Below the pieces are notes generated by a model. That model saw only the letters and a list, made by a program, of their open reading frames with translations, was not told the origin of the DNA and ran no database searches. From Tubiluchus corallicola (Eukaryota > Animalia > Priapulida), in NCBI GenBank assembly GCA_030141605.1, contig JAQGDQ010000462.1, positions 62,001 through 126,000 on the forward strand: a DNA stretch of 64,000 nt. Direction: 5' to 3'. This document shows, one piece after another, positions 27,587-42,500 of this stretch (position 1 is the first letter of the stretch; each line of letters starts with the position of its first letter). Made by a program: the position numbers and the translations under genes.

Positions 27587-30500
27587 CCTCCCTCTCTGGT
27601 GTTAAAATATAAGAAATAAAGGTTAACCAACATTGCCAAATTTGATCATGTCAGAAGGAAAAAGCAACCTTAATGCATCATAATACGACATGCATGCCAA
27701 TCAAATTCTTCTTTAACACTTGGCAAATTTCCTACACAACAACATACCATGGTTTTCTCCTCTGGTAAGATAACTTTCCAGTGGACTTGGTTCACCAAGA
27801 GTGCTATTTACGAGTGTTAAATTTTCAAGCTCGTTTAAGATACTTATTGCAGATTCAAAGTCGTCTATTTCATCTTTGTTATCAAAATTATAAACCTACA
27901 AACATAGAAAGCAGGTAATCAAATTAAAAGCATTTGGGGATGGGCAGAAAAGGATAATTTGAAAGTGGATATTTGTTGTCAACTTTCCTATGGAAGATAC
28001 ACATTCATATTAGTTAACCCTTTCAGTCCCAAATTTTAAAAAGAAAAAAAAATTGATTTAGTATATTTGTTCAGTATGTCCATCTTGTTTATGCATAATA
28101 ATTATTTTTTTCTACCTGTGCCCGCGTGCTAAATATAGCCTGTATCCCACGGGATACATTGGGATTCAATGGAAGCATAAAATGCTTCATTTTGCAACTG
28201 CTAATATTTTTTAAAGTATTTAAGACATTTACTATGCATGCTATGCTGATCTGTACAAAGTCGTCTCTAAAGTACTGTACCTTGCGCAGTTTTTTATGCT
28301 ATGTAGATTTTCTAGTTTGCCATTTTATCACCATTTTTAGTCTATTGTTATTGGCTTAAATCAAAATAACTATTAACAGATCAAATAACTGTTAAATTTT
28401 ATTAATTTTAAAGACAGAAAATATTTTCGTATCCCACGGGATACAACGGGTATGAAAGGGTTAATTAAAAAAAGTGAGCAAAGCAGGATATTTGTAATAA
28501 GTACAATAACAGATAATCAATATAATTTTAAGTTTCTACTGAATGAGCAATTGTAACATAAGAAAGCAAACGGGGTTTTATCCTCTCAAAATGTTAAACT
28601 CAGAAAACTTCCATGTTTGTACGTATATATCATGTATTAGACGCTATACATAAGATTTTATGTTGACCTGTCAACAACAAAAACTCAACCGAACTACAAC
28701 GTCAAATTCTAATGTTCAGCCAATGTAAATTTCTGATGTTTAATTGATGTTCAATTCACGTCACATATGAGACACTGCAGAAACGTTAGGGAAAAGACAT
28801 CTGTGGATCAATGTTGTGCTGCGCTCTGACATTCTAAAAACTTTCACACTCAACCAAAACCTAATAACTAGCAATGTCGAAACATCAGCATCTACTGTTA
28901 GCTAAATGCCCTCCCAAACCAAAAATGAGACAGCAGGGATAACTGTAAGTTTAATTTGTTTCTGTATCAGCAGACATAAATTCAAAATCTTGCTTGTGAT
29001 TTCTATCTGCTTGTATGTTAAAGTTCTATGCTTTCCTTCCAAATGACAAGAGATGACATACTCACAGTGACATTAAATGTAGCCCATGCAGCTGACATGT
29101 ACGCATCTGATACAGACATTAATATTTGTCCGATGTAGTTATTCTCTGCTAGACCTGGAGACAGAATGGTTGGTGGAAGCTTTGGAGCAAAGCCGCGATA
29201 TAATAAAATGCCTGTAAAGCAAAGTTCATGCTTACTTACAGTATCACAGAAAGTAAACATACTATATTAATTTCCGTGGTATAAGCTAAATACACACAAA
29301 GATATATATATATGTCACGGATTCCCGTGATTGAGTTCTACTCTGCTATTATTATTATTATTATTATTCCAAAGCTATAAATTCCTTCGTCACCTTTGTA
29401 CAGGCGACCATTTAACGTTTGCTTTTCCTACAAGCAGACGTCAAATGGTCCTCCGCCTAATTCGTTAGGCTAATTTTTTTCCCCTTTCTTCAATAGTTTT
29501 TTATGGTTATGTGCTGATGTGTATCTATAATTAGGTTTACTGCTGTTATAAGAAGTAACTATGTAATTGCGACAAATCTTGTGAATTGAATAAATTTTAT
29601 TTGGGTGGCCAGTCCCCTTTAATCCAATGGTTATGCGGTTTTTGTTAAGAGTCAAAATTAGTCTAAATTATATGTTTCAGTAACAGCAAACCATTCTAAT
29701 TATCAACTCGTAGATTTAAGCGTTATGCACCTTTTTCTATAAAAAATATACTAGACTATATACACTTCCACGTATTTGTTTAATTAAGAACCAGGCCGAT
29801 GTCTCTCCCACAAAACTTCTGAAAAAACGAGCATTTTTCACAATATATAAATCGGCTGTAAAATGCCCATTTTTGGAGGTTTTTTGTCCGCTGTTCTTCA
29901 TGGTAGGCCCGATTCGAAAAATAAACCTCCAATGGGGCGACATTAGATTGAGACCTTTCGTTTGATATATAGATTGCCCAGAATGGCGCCGTCGTCGGAG
30001 ATGTAGCCTCAAATCTTATATATATGTCATTTGAGAAAATGAGGTGAAATGGTAGGGTGTGTGGGGTGTTGGTGGAGTGGAGTGAGTAGTGTGGTGGGTG
30101 TGGTTCAGTGTGTTCTGGGTGGTGATGTGTGGTATTGATGATGTGGTGTGTGTAGTGTTGGTGGAGTGGTGTGGGTGGTAGGGTGTGATGTGTGGGTGGC
30201 GTGGTGTGGTGCATTGCGGTGGTATGGTGTCGTGCAGTGTGGTGTGGTGAGGTGGAGTGGTATGGTGTGGGTGGTGTGGTGTGGCTTGTGTTGATTTATG
30301 CGCAAAATTCTTCCTGCGGGGTTTGGCTAATCAATTATGATTGTGATTGCCTGATTTGTTTTAAAACCATTGCATTTTGTTTTGCCAATTATTACTCATT
30401 GCGGGTAATGAGTCGGCAGCACCATGCTATGTGACACTGTAACAGTTGATTCTCATGCACCATTGTAACAGTTGATTCTCATGCACCATTGTAACAGTTG

Positions 30501-33500
30501 ATTCTCATGCACCATTGTAACAGTTGCTTCTCATACAACATTGTAACAGTTAATTTTGTGATTCATTGTAACAGTTAATCTGCATATAACATTGTAACTC
30601 TTACCTTTTTCATTGCTAGAGTTTGCATCGCTTCTATAATAAAATTCATACATAAGCGGTTCATCTTCATCAATGTATGCTCCACTGCACGTTAACGTGA
30701 ATTTCGTCTTCAGCGTCTCTCCTGGGATGTATAAAGTGTAAGTTTTTAACAACAAGAACAATTTTTACTTTTTCACGTATTAGTTATGTAAAATTAGAAC
30801 GTACTTTAAGCAAACAGCTTATTTCAAATATTAGCAGATGGGGAAAACTGCTTGGCACATTTGTTCATGTTCAAAATAAAGAGATGAGCTTGTAATTCAA
30901 TTGTACTTACCTTCATTAGGAGTTAGAGCACAAGGTTCAGCTGACTTCACAGGCATTTCATTAACTACAATCAGGTAAGTAGAAAGTCCAGGAATGCTAA
31001 ACGCAGGCCCACCTGCCAAATTATTTCAAACCGTAATAATATGGTAATAAACTCGAATTGAAAAGAAGTTGAAAGTATATAATTTGTCTTGTCTTTTACA
31101 TATAATTATAATTGCTCAAATATTGACAAGTGTTTACCTTCTACTACGACGGTATAGTTGTTGCCTTCTTTCAACGTGTTTCTATTAATATTTGCCAAGT
31201 CAGTGTCTTTATGAACATTTATATCCGGTTTTCCAGTTGAATTCTCAAACTTCCACTTGTATCTAAGTGTAGACATGCTTTCCTTGTCGCAATTAGTACA
31301 CAAAGCTTGCAACACAATATCTATATGAGAATTCACTTTTGCTCTGCAGTTTTTTAGACATCTAGAAAATATTTCCAAACAAAAACACCTCAAGAAATGG
31401 TTTTCTCACTCAAATAAAAATGTAAAAGATGGTAATCAAAAGTTGAAGTATTTCCTGTTGTGGTAAAACCGAAAATAGACTTTTCCTGCTTTTGTTAATA
31501 ACTAGTTTACAACAGTCTGTCTTATAAACACTAGATATCTGTTTAAGGACTAAATACTTCTTGTTGTTCAACAAACTCCTGAAATGAGAGTCTACATTCC
31601 TAGTTTTAAACTTTGAACAAAATCTTGTCCATTGCACATGCGTACATCCACATTCGTACATACGCGTAAGTACGTACGTTTACATAAAAAGAGTGCATGC
31701 AGTATGCACGTATGCTCAAACGAAAAACATACATGTATGTCATTTGGTGCTTGTTTCTGTAAAAGAACAAATTAGGCCATTACATGTCTGCATATGTGTC
31801 CATTTTTGACTAAAACAAGACACATAATGATATAATACTTGTACCAATATATTAATATTGGGCTACTGTCAATGGTACCTTCAAATCACAGGTATGACCT
31901 CAGACTTCCAACACCAGAGCTTTGGAACAGCTTTGGAGAGATGCAGTTTGAAGCAGCAGAACCGGGTAAAGTATTATTACAAAAATCTTAGATGCTTGGC
32001 TTTCTTTTGTATTGGTCAGAATAACAATTACAAAGCTATAAAATGTTCACAAATTATTAAATAAAATATATCATTCTGTCAGTTAAGCAACTGTAATATC
32101 ATTGATTTGTTACCTTTCCCAGAAACAAACATCAAAAATATTGTGAATCAGTTGAAAGAAAGACACTATCAGACTTGATTAAAACTGGCATGTTATGATA
32201 AACATCCATGCTGCTCTTTGTACTGCACTAATATATCATATAAAAGCTATCAAACACATTATGACAACTTCTTGCATTTATAAGTTAAGAAGTACCAAGC
32301 AATATGTACAGCACTCATACCTTACTTCAATGATGGGAATAGAACCTTCGTCTACCTGTAATACCTGTTGCACATATTGTTGCATCTTATTGGCTTTTTC
32401 AATTTCAAGCCCAATAGTCACATTTTGTAACCATGGTAACGATTTTCCTGGTATTATAAACGAGGACTCTGGAACAAGTAGCAACTTAATAATCAGAGAT
32501 CTCTTAAATAATGTAAATTCTAGGAAATGTAATTTTACCAATTTACTTTAAAGGTCAAACACAGCGTGTTTTGTGAAGTTTCACTTTTACACGAAAACAG
32601 AAAGAAAAAGCTCTGACTAAGATTTTCTGATGCATTGGCTTTTCTGGTTACATAAGAGAAAGTCCGGCATGAAAGTGTCATTTCCGAAGAAGTCTAGAGC
32701 TTGATTTTCATTATTTTCCTTGTTAGATGACTCTAGCAAAATATCAGCCATTAGTTACGGTAGTGTTTGCCTTTCATTATCTCGTGTCACACAGTTTACA
32801 GATTCAGTGTCACAGAAACGGCGTGGGATCCAAGGAAGACATACTACTACGTTTGTTTTGTCTGCGTTTTCCCAAAGTTTCCTGAGCGGAACCAAACAGA
32901 AATATTTTGTGGATAACGGCGTGATTTCGTTAGGACAGAATGCTTGACATTTAATCAAATTAGTGTCAAATTTTATGTTATGATTAGCTCTTTAATTAAA
33001 AAAAAACTTGTTTTTACATTAAATTTGACAAAAGCTTAAACAAAAGCTACACAGAAACATACTTGAAATATTCTTTAACATACCAGAGAAAATCAAACGA
33101 ACTGTATTATTGCTGTAACACCCAGTCTTATCATCATTAGGCCTGATTCCTGTACCATTATAACAATACCAGGTGTACCTGAAACAGTTATGATCATCAT
33201 GTTACACAGAATTTGCAAAAGTCCTACACAAACTTTAGACAGGTTTTGCTTCTTATAATTTATAGGAAGTTACATCATCAGCATTGTATTTTCACAGTAT
33301 TTAAGCAAACTGTCTGCAGCGCAGCTAGCTTAACATTGATGGGTGTGGTGGAACAAAATTCATTTGAAAGATAATCCTGCAAAATCAAACAATTGCTGGT
33401 AATTGTAATGCCAGTTACTTTCATGTGTGCAAGCATGATATACTGCCCGAATCTCCATCAGCAATCTGGCAGATGCTGCCACTATGAATGGAGAATTAAA

Positions 33501-36500
33501 TTTTAGCTGCCACCATCCATTCACATGACTTCAGTGCTTCTTAGCTGTGTTAGTGTTACCTGATTGAGAGCGGAAATGTAACACACCTTCACAATCTGCA
33601 GAAATTCTCTCCCTGCATCTGCTGTTACACTTGCTTTGCACTTATCAGCAATTACATACATTTATACCATTGCTCAGAGCCAGTGTGGATGACGGAATCG
33701 TCTTTTCTTGGTTACGTAACTTGGTTAAGTAGCTAATTATTCAGATATCAGATATCTAACTCAGGAAATGCTTACGCAAAGTCATCTTGGTAGTCATTAT
33801 GGTACTTCTTTAAGAATGGAGTGTCCGGATCATATGATGATGATGCATCAATTGTAACATTGTCCTCCCATCCCACTTTTCTAAACGGTCCACCTTGAAT
33901 GAGAGGTACGATGTCCGAAGCTATGACCATAACAAACCTCTGAACAAAATGCATTATTATTTGTAGACGAACTGTACCATTATACTGTATTAAAACAGGA
34001 TTTGCAATTCCCGCAAACTACTGAATCTATTAATACATGCACATACAAGAAAAGAACAAACGATAAACCATAATAAAACAAAAGCAAATTCTACCAAAAA
34101 CGTAAATCGTGAAAGCATGTGCCATCTCAGGAAGCATGCGATAAATTGGATGAAAGATATGTTCAAGAGAAAAATACAGCTAGGTGATCATTCCCAGTTA
34201 AAACACGTTTAATGAGACAAAAGACAGACAGGCTCAAGAGAAAAATACAGCTAGGTGATCATTCCCAGTTAAATCATGTTTAATGAGACAAAAGACAGAC
34301 AGGCTCAAGAGAAAAATACAGCTAGGTGATCATTCCCAGTTAAAACACGTTTCATGAGACAAAAGACAGGTTCAAGAGAAAAATACAGCTAGGTGATCAT
34401 TCCCAGTTAAAACACGTTTCATGAGACAAAAGACAGGTTCAAGAGAAAAATACAGCTAGTTGATCATTCCCAGTTAAAACAGGTTCATGAGACAAAAGAC
34501 AGACAGGTTCAAGAGAAAAATACAGCTAGGTGATCATTCCCAGTTGAAGCACATGTCATGAGACAAAAGACAACTTCAGGAGAAAAATATTGCTAGGTGA
34601 TCATTCTCAGTTAAAGCACGTTTCATGAGACAAAAGACGGGTTCAAGAGAAAAATACTGCTAGGTGATCATTCCCAGTTAAAGCACGTTTCGTGAGACAA
34701 AAGACGGGTTCAAGAGAAAAATACTGCTAGGTGATCATTCCCAGTTAAAGCACATTTCATGAGACAAAAACAAGTTCAAGAGTAAAGTACGGCTAGGTGA
34801 TCATACCCAGTTAAAACACGTTTCATGAGACAAAAGACGGTTCAAGAGAAAAATACGGCTGTACAAAATAGTAAATTACTATTGAATTTCATTGCTTTTA
34901 AACCATTTGAAAAAGCAGATAAGGATGTACGAAGCAAGTTAGGTGTCAAGTGAACAAATTTTTTTAAGCAACATGTCATAGGACATTGACGTAAAATAAT
35001 ATTAACAATAACAAAAGCAAAATGACTTGAGTACTAAATATTTGAAACAAAATTCACATTCATATCTTACCTAGTCCATTTTCATTCTTATTAAAATACA
35101 GATGTGCTGGAACGTGTCTACTTAGTTTAACATTAAATCCCAGAAATTCTAATTAACACTATCAATATTCCAAATCCCAAGTCAACACAAACGTTTTTAG
35201 TTTTTTTTGAAAAGATTTTGGAAACGTTGCTGTAATTTCTTACATTCACATAAAGACAAAACAAGACCAGATAAACTTTATTTAACGTCAATTATCCAAA
35301 CAATTAACCTGAGAAATTAAAACTTTCTATCAATAATCTTTGGTTTGTCAATTCCACACAGCAGCAAAAATAATAAATTTAGTGCAGTTCTGTACAGCAA
35401 ATAAAGAAAAATAAAAATGAATTTCTAGTCATTAAATTACCTCAGCAGTAACGTTCACAGTGACATTGTCAGTTGCCACAGTTGCAGTAAGTGTAAACTT
35501 GTAAGATCCTGGAAAGAGCAAGCCACCTGGTATTGTGATGTATGTCCTATTAAGTTCCACGTTAGCATCTAGGTTACTAACTTGCACTGTTGAACTGGAG
35601 TTGATTATATGTAACACGTTCCACTTATTTTGCACATGTACTATGTTTGAAGTTTCACACTCAAACCAACATGATACAGTAAACGGCTTCCTCACTCTAT
35701 ATCTAGAAGCTTTTTCGAGACTAATGGCTGCTCCAGAAAACTGTAAGCTACAACCTATTCCTGTAATAATAAAAACTCTGGAATGACGTGTTGATATTTT
35801 GTCAGTAATACAGAATTAATAATAATTGGCATTATAGCTCAGGAGCCAGGAACATTTTAATCGTACGAAGTTTGCCAAATGGCAATTCCAGATTGTCAGG
35901 CAACGATAAAATTAATGAAATTCAAAAACATGTACATAGAATTACACGAAATAATCAACAACAGTAAACTGATCAAGACCATAGACAAAAACAGTGAAGT
36001 TGTCCCTGCACCACTGTTTTGCATCACTGAGTCATCAGAAAGGATATTATTTTCAGGCAGCTCCCTATTACAAATATCATTATCAACTACTTCACTTGAA
36101 ATATTTCATGCTGGAACTTCTGAATCACATGTATTTTCCACACGCATTTCTGCAGAATAATGGAGTACAGTACAACTCAACATTTGTATATTTTCACTAT
36201 GACTGTCACATTTTGATTACTGTTCACCTGCATGAAAACCGAATCAATGCGGTGACATCGACATAGTTGAAAAGACTCAGTGGTATTTCATCCGCACACT
36301 TTTTTACAGAAGCAACGTAAATCATGCAATGACTGTATATTTTAGGACTAAAGGCTCTGGAGCAGATGTAGTCATGTATTACAAAATTGTTCGTATGGGG
36401 GCAATATCTAGATTTTGACAATTTTTTAACAAGGCAATTGTCAATAAAACCAAAAGTAACCATTCGCTCTCGCACACAGCTTGATCTTTCTGATCATGAC

Positions 36501-39500
36501 CTAAACGACCCTAAATCTAATCTCATGGGCAAATAATGATAAAACGCAGGAACTTATTATCACGACATGCAATGCTTCCAAGCACACGTAAGTATACGTC
36601 ACATAGTTTTCAAGCTGTTGTCAGACTAATGATACAAACACTTACTTGACTCACAATTAAGTCCAGTATATCCAGCGGTGCAATTGCAAACATACTTATT
36701 AATTCCGTCTTCGCATGTTCCATTATTCTGACATGGAGTTGATTCACATTCGTTAATATCTGGAAAATGAAAAGTAGAAAAACACAAATCAGCCTAGCTG
36801 GTTCTGACTAAACCGCAAGTGACTTATGGGCAGGGGACATCTGGACACAGGACATTTGGCATTTAGGGTTGGCACACTTAGGGTTCCCACTTTTTAAATT
36901 ATTAATGATACACTATTTTCCTGACTCTCATAATACTTTTTAAAATTACTTTGTTAAATTTAACATATGCAGTAATAAGTGAAGTCACTAAATTTGGTCA
37001 GTTTACTCAGCACCTTCTGGTTATACTTTTTAGTATTAATGTGCTGTTTTAAAAAATGAACTAAGCCTAAAATGACATCTCAATATTGTGGTGGCATATT
37101 CCTGTGGGAATGTTTGCACACCATATGGTGGGAGTACAATTATTTAAATATGTATAATTTAGTCGTATTTCAGAATCACAAGTGCAATAATAACAAATAA
37201 TTGTAGAATTTTCCACCTAAGCCAGTCAGTTAATTAATTAACACAGCATTTAGGAAACACACAATGTCATTATTTGAGAAAACTGGTATTGCAAATTCAC
37301 TTTGACTTGAACAAAATAGTTCTCTATTAGTGTGGTTTTGTTTGTAGTATTATTATGAATATGTTGTTTTTTGTTTCTCTCGGAGGACCCGTAGAGAAAA
37401 CCAGAAAACATTTCATCAAATTAAACTAGTTTATTAAGGAGAATTCTACAACACAAAAGTATGAAGTAATACGAAATGTTTACACTAAACGTGAAAATCT
37501 GGACAACGTTTGTGTGTATCTGAAAATGTAAGTATAGAAGAGTATGTGTAAGTGTCGTCTGGGTTAATCTGTGTGTCTCCCTCAGCGGCCTGGTTTGCCT
37601 TATGTAGTGTGCCCGATAAGCTTCTAAAAGTTCATTTCCAGAATATTCCACACGGTAAGACGATTATTCTAATGGAACATTCTGCAATGTTCTATTTAAT
37701 TCTAATAGATGCCAGCGATCTCCACAACAGAATGCCAATAAATAATCTGTTCTCACAGAAAAGTAGTCATACTAGTGTAGTAGTACATTCATTTAACAGC
37801 TGTAATTTTGTAAAAACACTTATCATTCAATTCGTTTATACGTTTATACAACTTTGACGTTCATCAAGAGATACTACTTTTACATATGGGTCAATGCCAA
37901 AACTGAAATGTGTAATGCTACTGTGAGATTAAATGGAATGCCTGAAACACGACGTAGAGCTTTCCTAACTTCTTTAGCTAAATTGTTAATACTTTTATCA
38001 TATAAAATATAAATAGTGGTGAAATAGAGAATTGTCGGTCCAGTCTTAATTTTAACGTTTATAAATGGCTTGCTAAAGAACACAGGAATGGTACACATTA
38101 AAATGTTTGCAGACGATGTAAAACTTCATCAAAAAATAGAAGTTAGCACCTTGGTGACCCCAATAACATTCAGCCAGCATTAAGCAATTTACTTAAATGG
38201 GCCCAGCGTGGCAGTTTAATATTTCTTTTCTAAAATGTGTTATTCTCCATATTGGTAAATGCAACAGTCATTATCTCGATGGTAACATAATTCCATTCAT
38301 GTAACAACGAGGCACTCCTCGGAGCTATAAAGTTTATGCTAGGCCAATTTTAGAGTACTGTTCACCTGCATGGAATCCGTGTCAATGCGGTGACATTGAC
38401 ATATATAAAAAGATTCAGCAGTATTTCACCCCTAGACTTTTTACACATGCAATATAAATCATGTCAACTCTCTACAATGACTAAATATTTTAGGACTAAA
38501 GGCTCCGGAGCAGATGTAGTCATGTAATACAAAATTGTTCGTATGAGAGCAATATCTAGATTTTGACAATGTTTTAACAAGGCAATTGTCAACAAAACGA
38601 AATGCAACCATTCGCTCCAGCACACAGCTTGATCTTTGTGATCATGACCTAAATGACCCTAAACCTAATTTCATGGGCAAATAAGGATAAAACGCAAGAA
38701 CTTATTATCATGCAATGCTTTCAAGCACACGTAAGATACGTGACATAGTTTTCAAGCTGTTGTCAGACTATTGATACAAACACTTACTTGTCTCACAATT
38801 GAGTCCAGTATATCCAGCGGTGCAATTGCAAACATACTTATTAATTCCGTCTTCGCATGTTCCATTATTCTGACATGGAGTTGATTCACATTCGTTAATA
38901 TCTGGAAAATGAAAAGTAGAAAAACACAAATCAGCCTAGCTGGTTCTGACTAAACCGCAAGTGACTTATGGGCAGGGGACATCTGGACACAGGACATTTG
39001 GCATTTAGGGTTGGCACGCTTAGGCAAGAGATACTAAGACAATAGACAATTGGGTGTGAAACATTGGGGAACCAATATAATTGAATGTCGCAATTTCTCT
39101 ACATTTTTGCTTTTTAAATTATTAATGATACACTATTTTCATGACTCTCATAATACTTTTTAAAATTACTACGTTAAATTTAACATATGCGGTAATAAGT
39201 GAAGTAATTGAATTCAGTCAGTTTACTCAGCACCTTCTGGTTATACTTTTTAGTATTAATGTGCTGCTTACAAAAAAAAACTAAGCATAAAAGGAAACCT
39301 CAATATTGTCGTGGCATATTCCTGTGGGAATGTTTGCACACCATATGGTGGGAGTACAATTATTTACCACGATTAAGTTTGCCAGGTTTTGCTGGTTTAA
39401 GAAGCATGACTTTCTGGCCAACCTTTAGAGTTCGTGCACTAGCCATATTATTAAACCATTTCTCTTGAGCTATTTTAGCATCATGTAAGGCAGAATGGGC

Positions 39501-42500
39501 ATTATCTGTTGCCTCTTGAATTGAGTTTATAATTTTACTAACGTATTCATCAATTGATTCAGTATTGGCAGGAAGTGCAAATCCCTGTGTTTCTCTGTAA
39601 GCAGCAAGGGGACCACGTACTTTGAATCCAAAAACAAGCTCATTTGGTGAATAACCAAGACTTTCTTGCACAACTTCTCTATATGCAAACAACAGCATTG
39701 GAATCATTTCATCCCAATGAATAGGGTGCCTTTCATGCAAGAGTTTCAAGATTGAATGTTTCAAAGTTTGATTATAACGCTCTACCAAACCATTAGCTTG
39801 AGCATGATATGGGCTGGTTGTAATACGTTTGACACCAAGTGTTTTTTCCAGATCTCTAAGCATCTGGGATGTAAATTGGGTACCTTTGTCAGTAATAATC
39901 TGTCTTGGGATACCATACCGACTGATGAACTGAAGTAAAGCTTTTACAACTGTGGTCGTTTCAATATTAGAAAGAGGATAGCAATCCGGATACCTTGTAG
40001 CATGGTCAACAATTACTAATGCATACCGATTGCCACTAGGTGTCTGAGAAGTGCCTAAGGGTCCAATAAGGTCCATACCAATAGTGTGAAATGGAACTGA
40101 AGGGATTGGAAGGGGTCTTAATCTAGCACGTTCAGAAGTTTTTACACGTGAAGACTTTTGACAAGGAAGGCAAGTTTTGCAGTATTGCTGCACAGTGCGC
40201 TTCAGGTGAGGCCAGGTATATTCTGCCAAAATTTGGTGTAAAGTTTTCTTTACTCCCATGTGACCAGCTAATGGATTATCATGGGCCAAGTGCAAAATTT
40301 CACGACGTCTACATTTAGGTACTACCAATAACTCATGTGGTGTATCACCACGTCGCTCACGACCCAAGTAAAATAGCACATCGTCACGTATGTAATAACC
40401 TTTACCAACAGCTTGTGCCTCAGCTTCCGTTCCGTACCGGATATTACGTAAAGATATATCGTCCTTTTGTTCCTGTATGAGTTTTTGCCTATTAGATTCT
40501 AGAAGCTTCTGATAATCCAAAGTGTTCTTTTCTACTTGATGAGAATGGGGTGCAGCATCCATTTGGAGTTTATCTTCAAGCTCCCTTTCACGCCTTGTTT
40601 CAGCTTCTATGCGTGCTATTTGAGACCTTGTTGCAACATAGGTAGGCTGTGGATTTCGGCCCATGGAAACAGACTGCCCAGGATCTGACTCGGATACAGA
40701 TTGATTACAGAGTAGAGCATCAGGCAATTTATTTGAAGAACTAGGAAAAGGTTCATAAGCTGTTTCGATATCATTACCAAGAAGCAAGAATGGGATCGGG
40801 GCAGTGTTAGAAATGCACACAGTTAACCAACCAGAAATACGGTCACTCTCTACAACTACTTTGGCAAGTTGGTAGCTTTTAACATCACCATGTATGCATC
40901 GTATTTTAGCGGAAGCGTCTGGTATTCTTTGTCTTGGATGAACAAACTTGGAATGCAAAATGGACATATGTGCACCACTGTCTCTTTGGCATGTAAGGTC
41001 ATAACCATTGACATGAACAGGGAAACAAAATGGTTTAGTATGTGCAGGTATTTTGTTATCGTCATTTACACATTGATCAGAGGAGCTAATGGAATCAGTA
41101 TTCTTTCTTATACCCACATATTGGCGAGCTGCTCTATCAGGTTGTTCCTCTAATGTAGGTTTGTTTTTAGGATAATTTGTATTCTGAATAGGCTCACTCC
41201 TACTCTGAGGAAACTTTGCATGAGCACAGTCAGCCCTTCTATGGCCCCAAAGGCCACAAGTAAAACAACGAATATTACTTTCGGAACCTTTAATAAAAGT
41301 ATTTGTATTTAGTTTATTGTCACCATTTTTCTCTTGAAATTGCAAGCCTTTGGCTCTATACTGGTTTCTGAAAGAAAATATCTTGTTACTCCTAGCTGTC
41401 AAATAACGGTCAGCACATTCAGCCATATGTTCATAGCTGCCCTGCTCAATAGTACGCAAATGAATGGACATTTCCGGAGGCATAGAATTAAAAATCTGTT
41501 CAAGAGCAATCTGTTGGACAACCAACTTGAGAGTGTTTGCTCCAACAGCAATGAGCCAGTCATGAGCACATTTTTCCACTCTCACAAAGAACTGCCGGTA
41601 AGTTTCATCAGGTTGGCGTTTTAAAGTACGGAATCTTTCTCGGTAAGTGTCACTACTTAAAACATAAGTGTCAATCAAGGCTTTCTTAACAAAACCATAG
41701 TTTCGCATTTCAGACACTGGACATTGCTGATAACATATTGCAGCACGACCTGATAACCTCGGTGCTGGGTTTGCCATATAATCAGCTTCATTAATACCAT
41801 TGCTTATCATAGCTGCTTCAAAATACTCGAGATAAGAATGGATCGAATGTTTTGCTTCAGAAAAATTCCGAATCTTTACACGAGGAGTCTGGAGGACTGT
41901 GCACTATCAAGTACATTAGTGGAAGTAGCAGAAGGACCAAGAGCTGACGACTGGTGGCGTGCTCTTTCACAGTTCAATTGTGCCACAGCGATCCTTTCTT
42001 GTGCCTGCAACAGCTGAATCATAACATCTTTTCTGTCTTTTTCTGGTACCATAAAAACCGCTTAAACTTGGTAACTGAATGGGCGTTGGACCTATTGACG
42101 ACAGTTCTTGGTGTTTGGAAACACCCTGTACATTTTCATGTGATGTGGTCTGGACGAAAGAAGGACCTAGTCCGCCAGCAACATTTGACAACAACGCTGC
42201 TGGGTTAGAAAATTGTGAAGTTGGTATTTTCCATGTCAGTTCAAAGCCAGAGCCCTCAACTTGTTGAGTGACACCCTCCATATCATTAGTGTTCAGAGTT
42301 AAACCTTCTGGTTTCAACACCTTACTGCGAACTGATTGCTCCGATACAACACTAGATTCATCTTTACTCTCTGTTGTAACTTGTTCATCAACATTTAAAG
42401 CTTGGCCAATAGCTGCATTGTTAGGTAAAGCATCACCATTATTCATATTCTCTGTGGTTTGATGTCCTAAAACTCTATGTATCATGTCATCTTTTAATGT

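Noticed and set aside
35879-36160. Plus-strand 93-aa ORF
   Set aside because: Antisense shadow of the minus-strand GPI-like frame.
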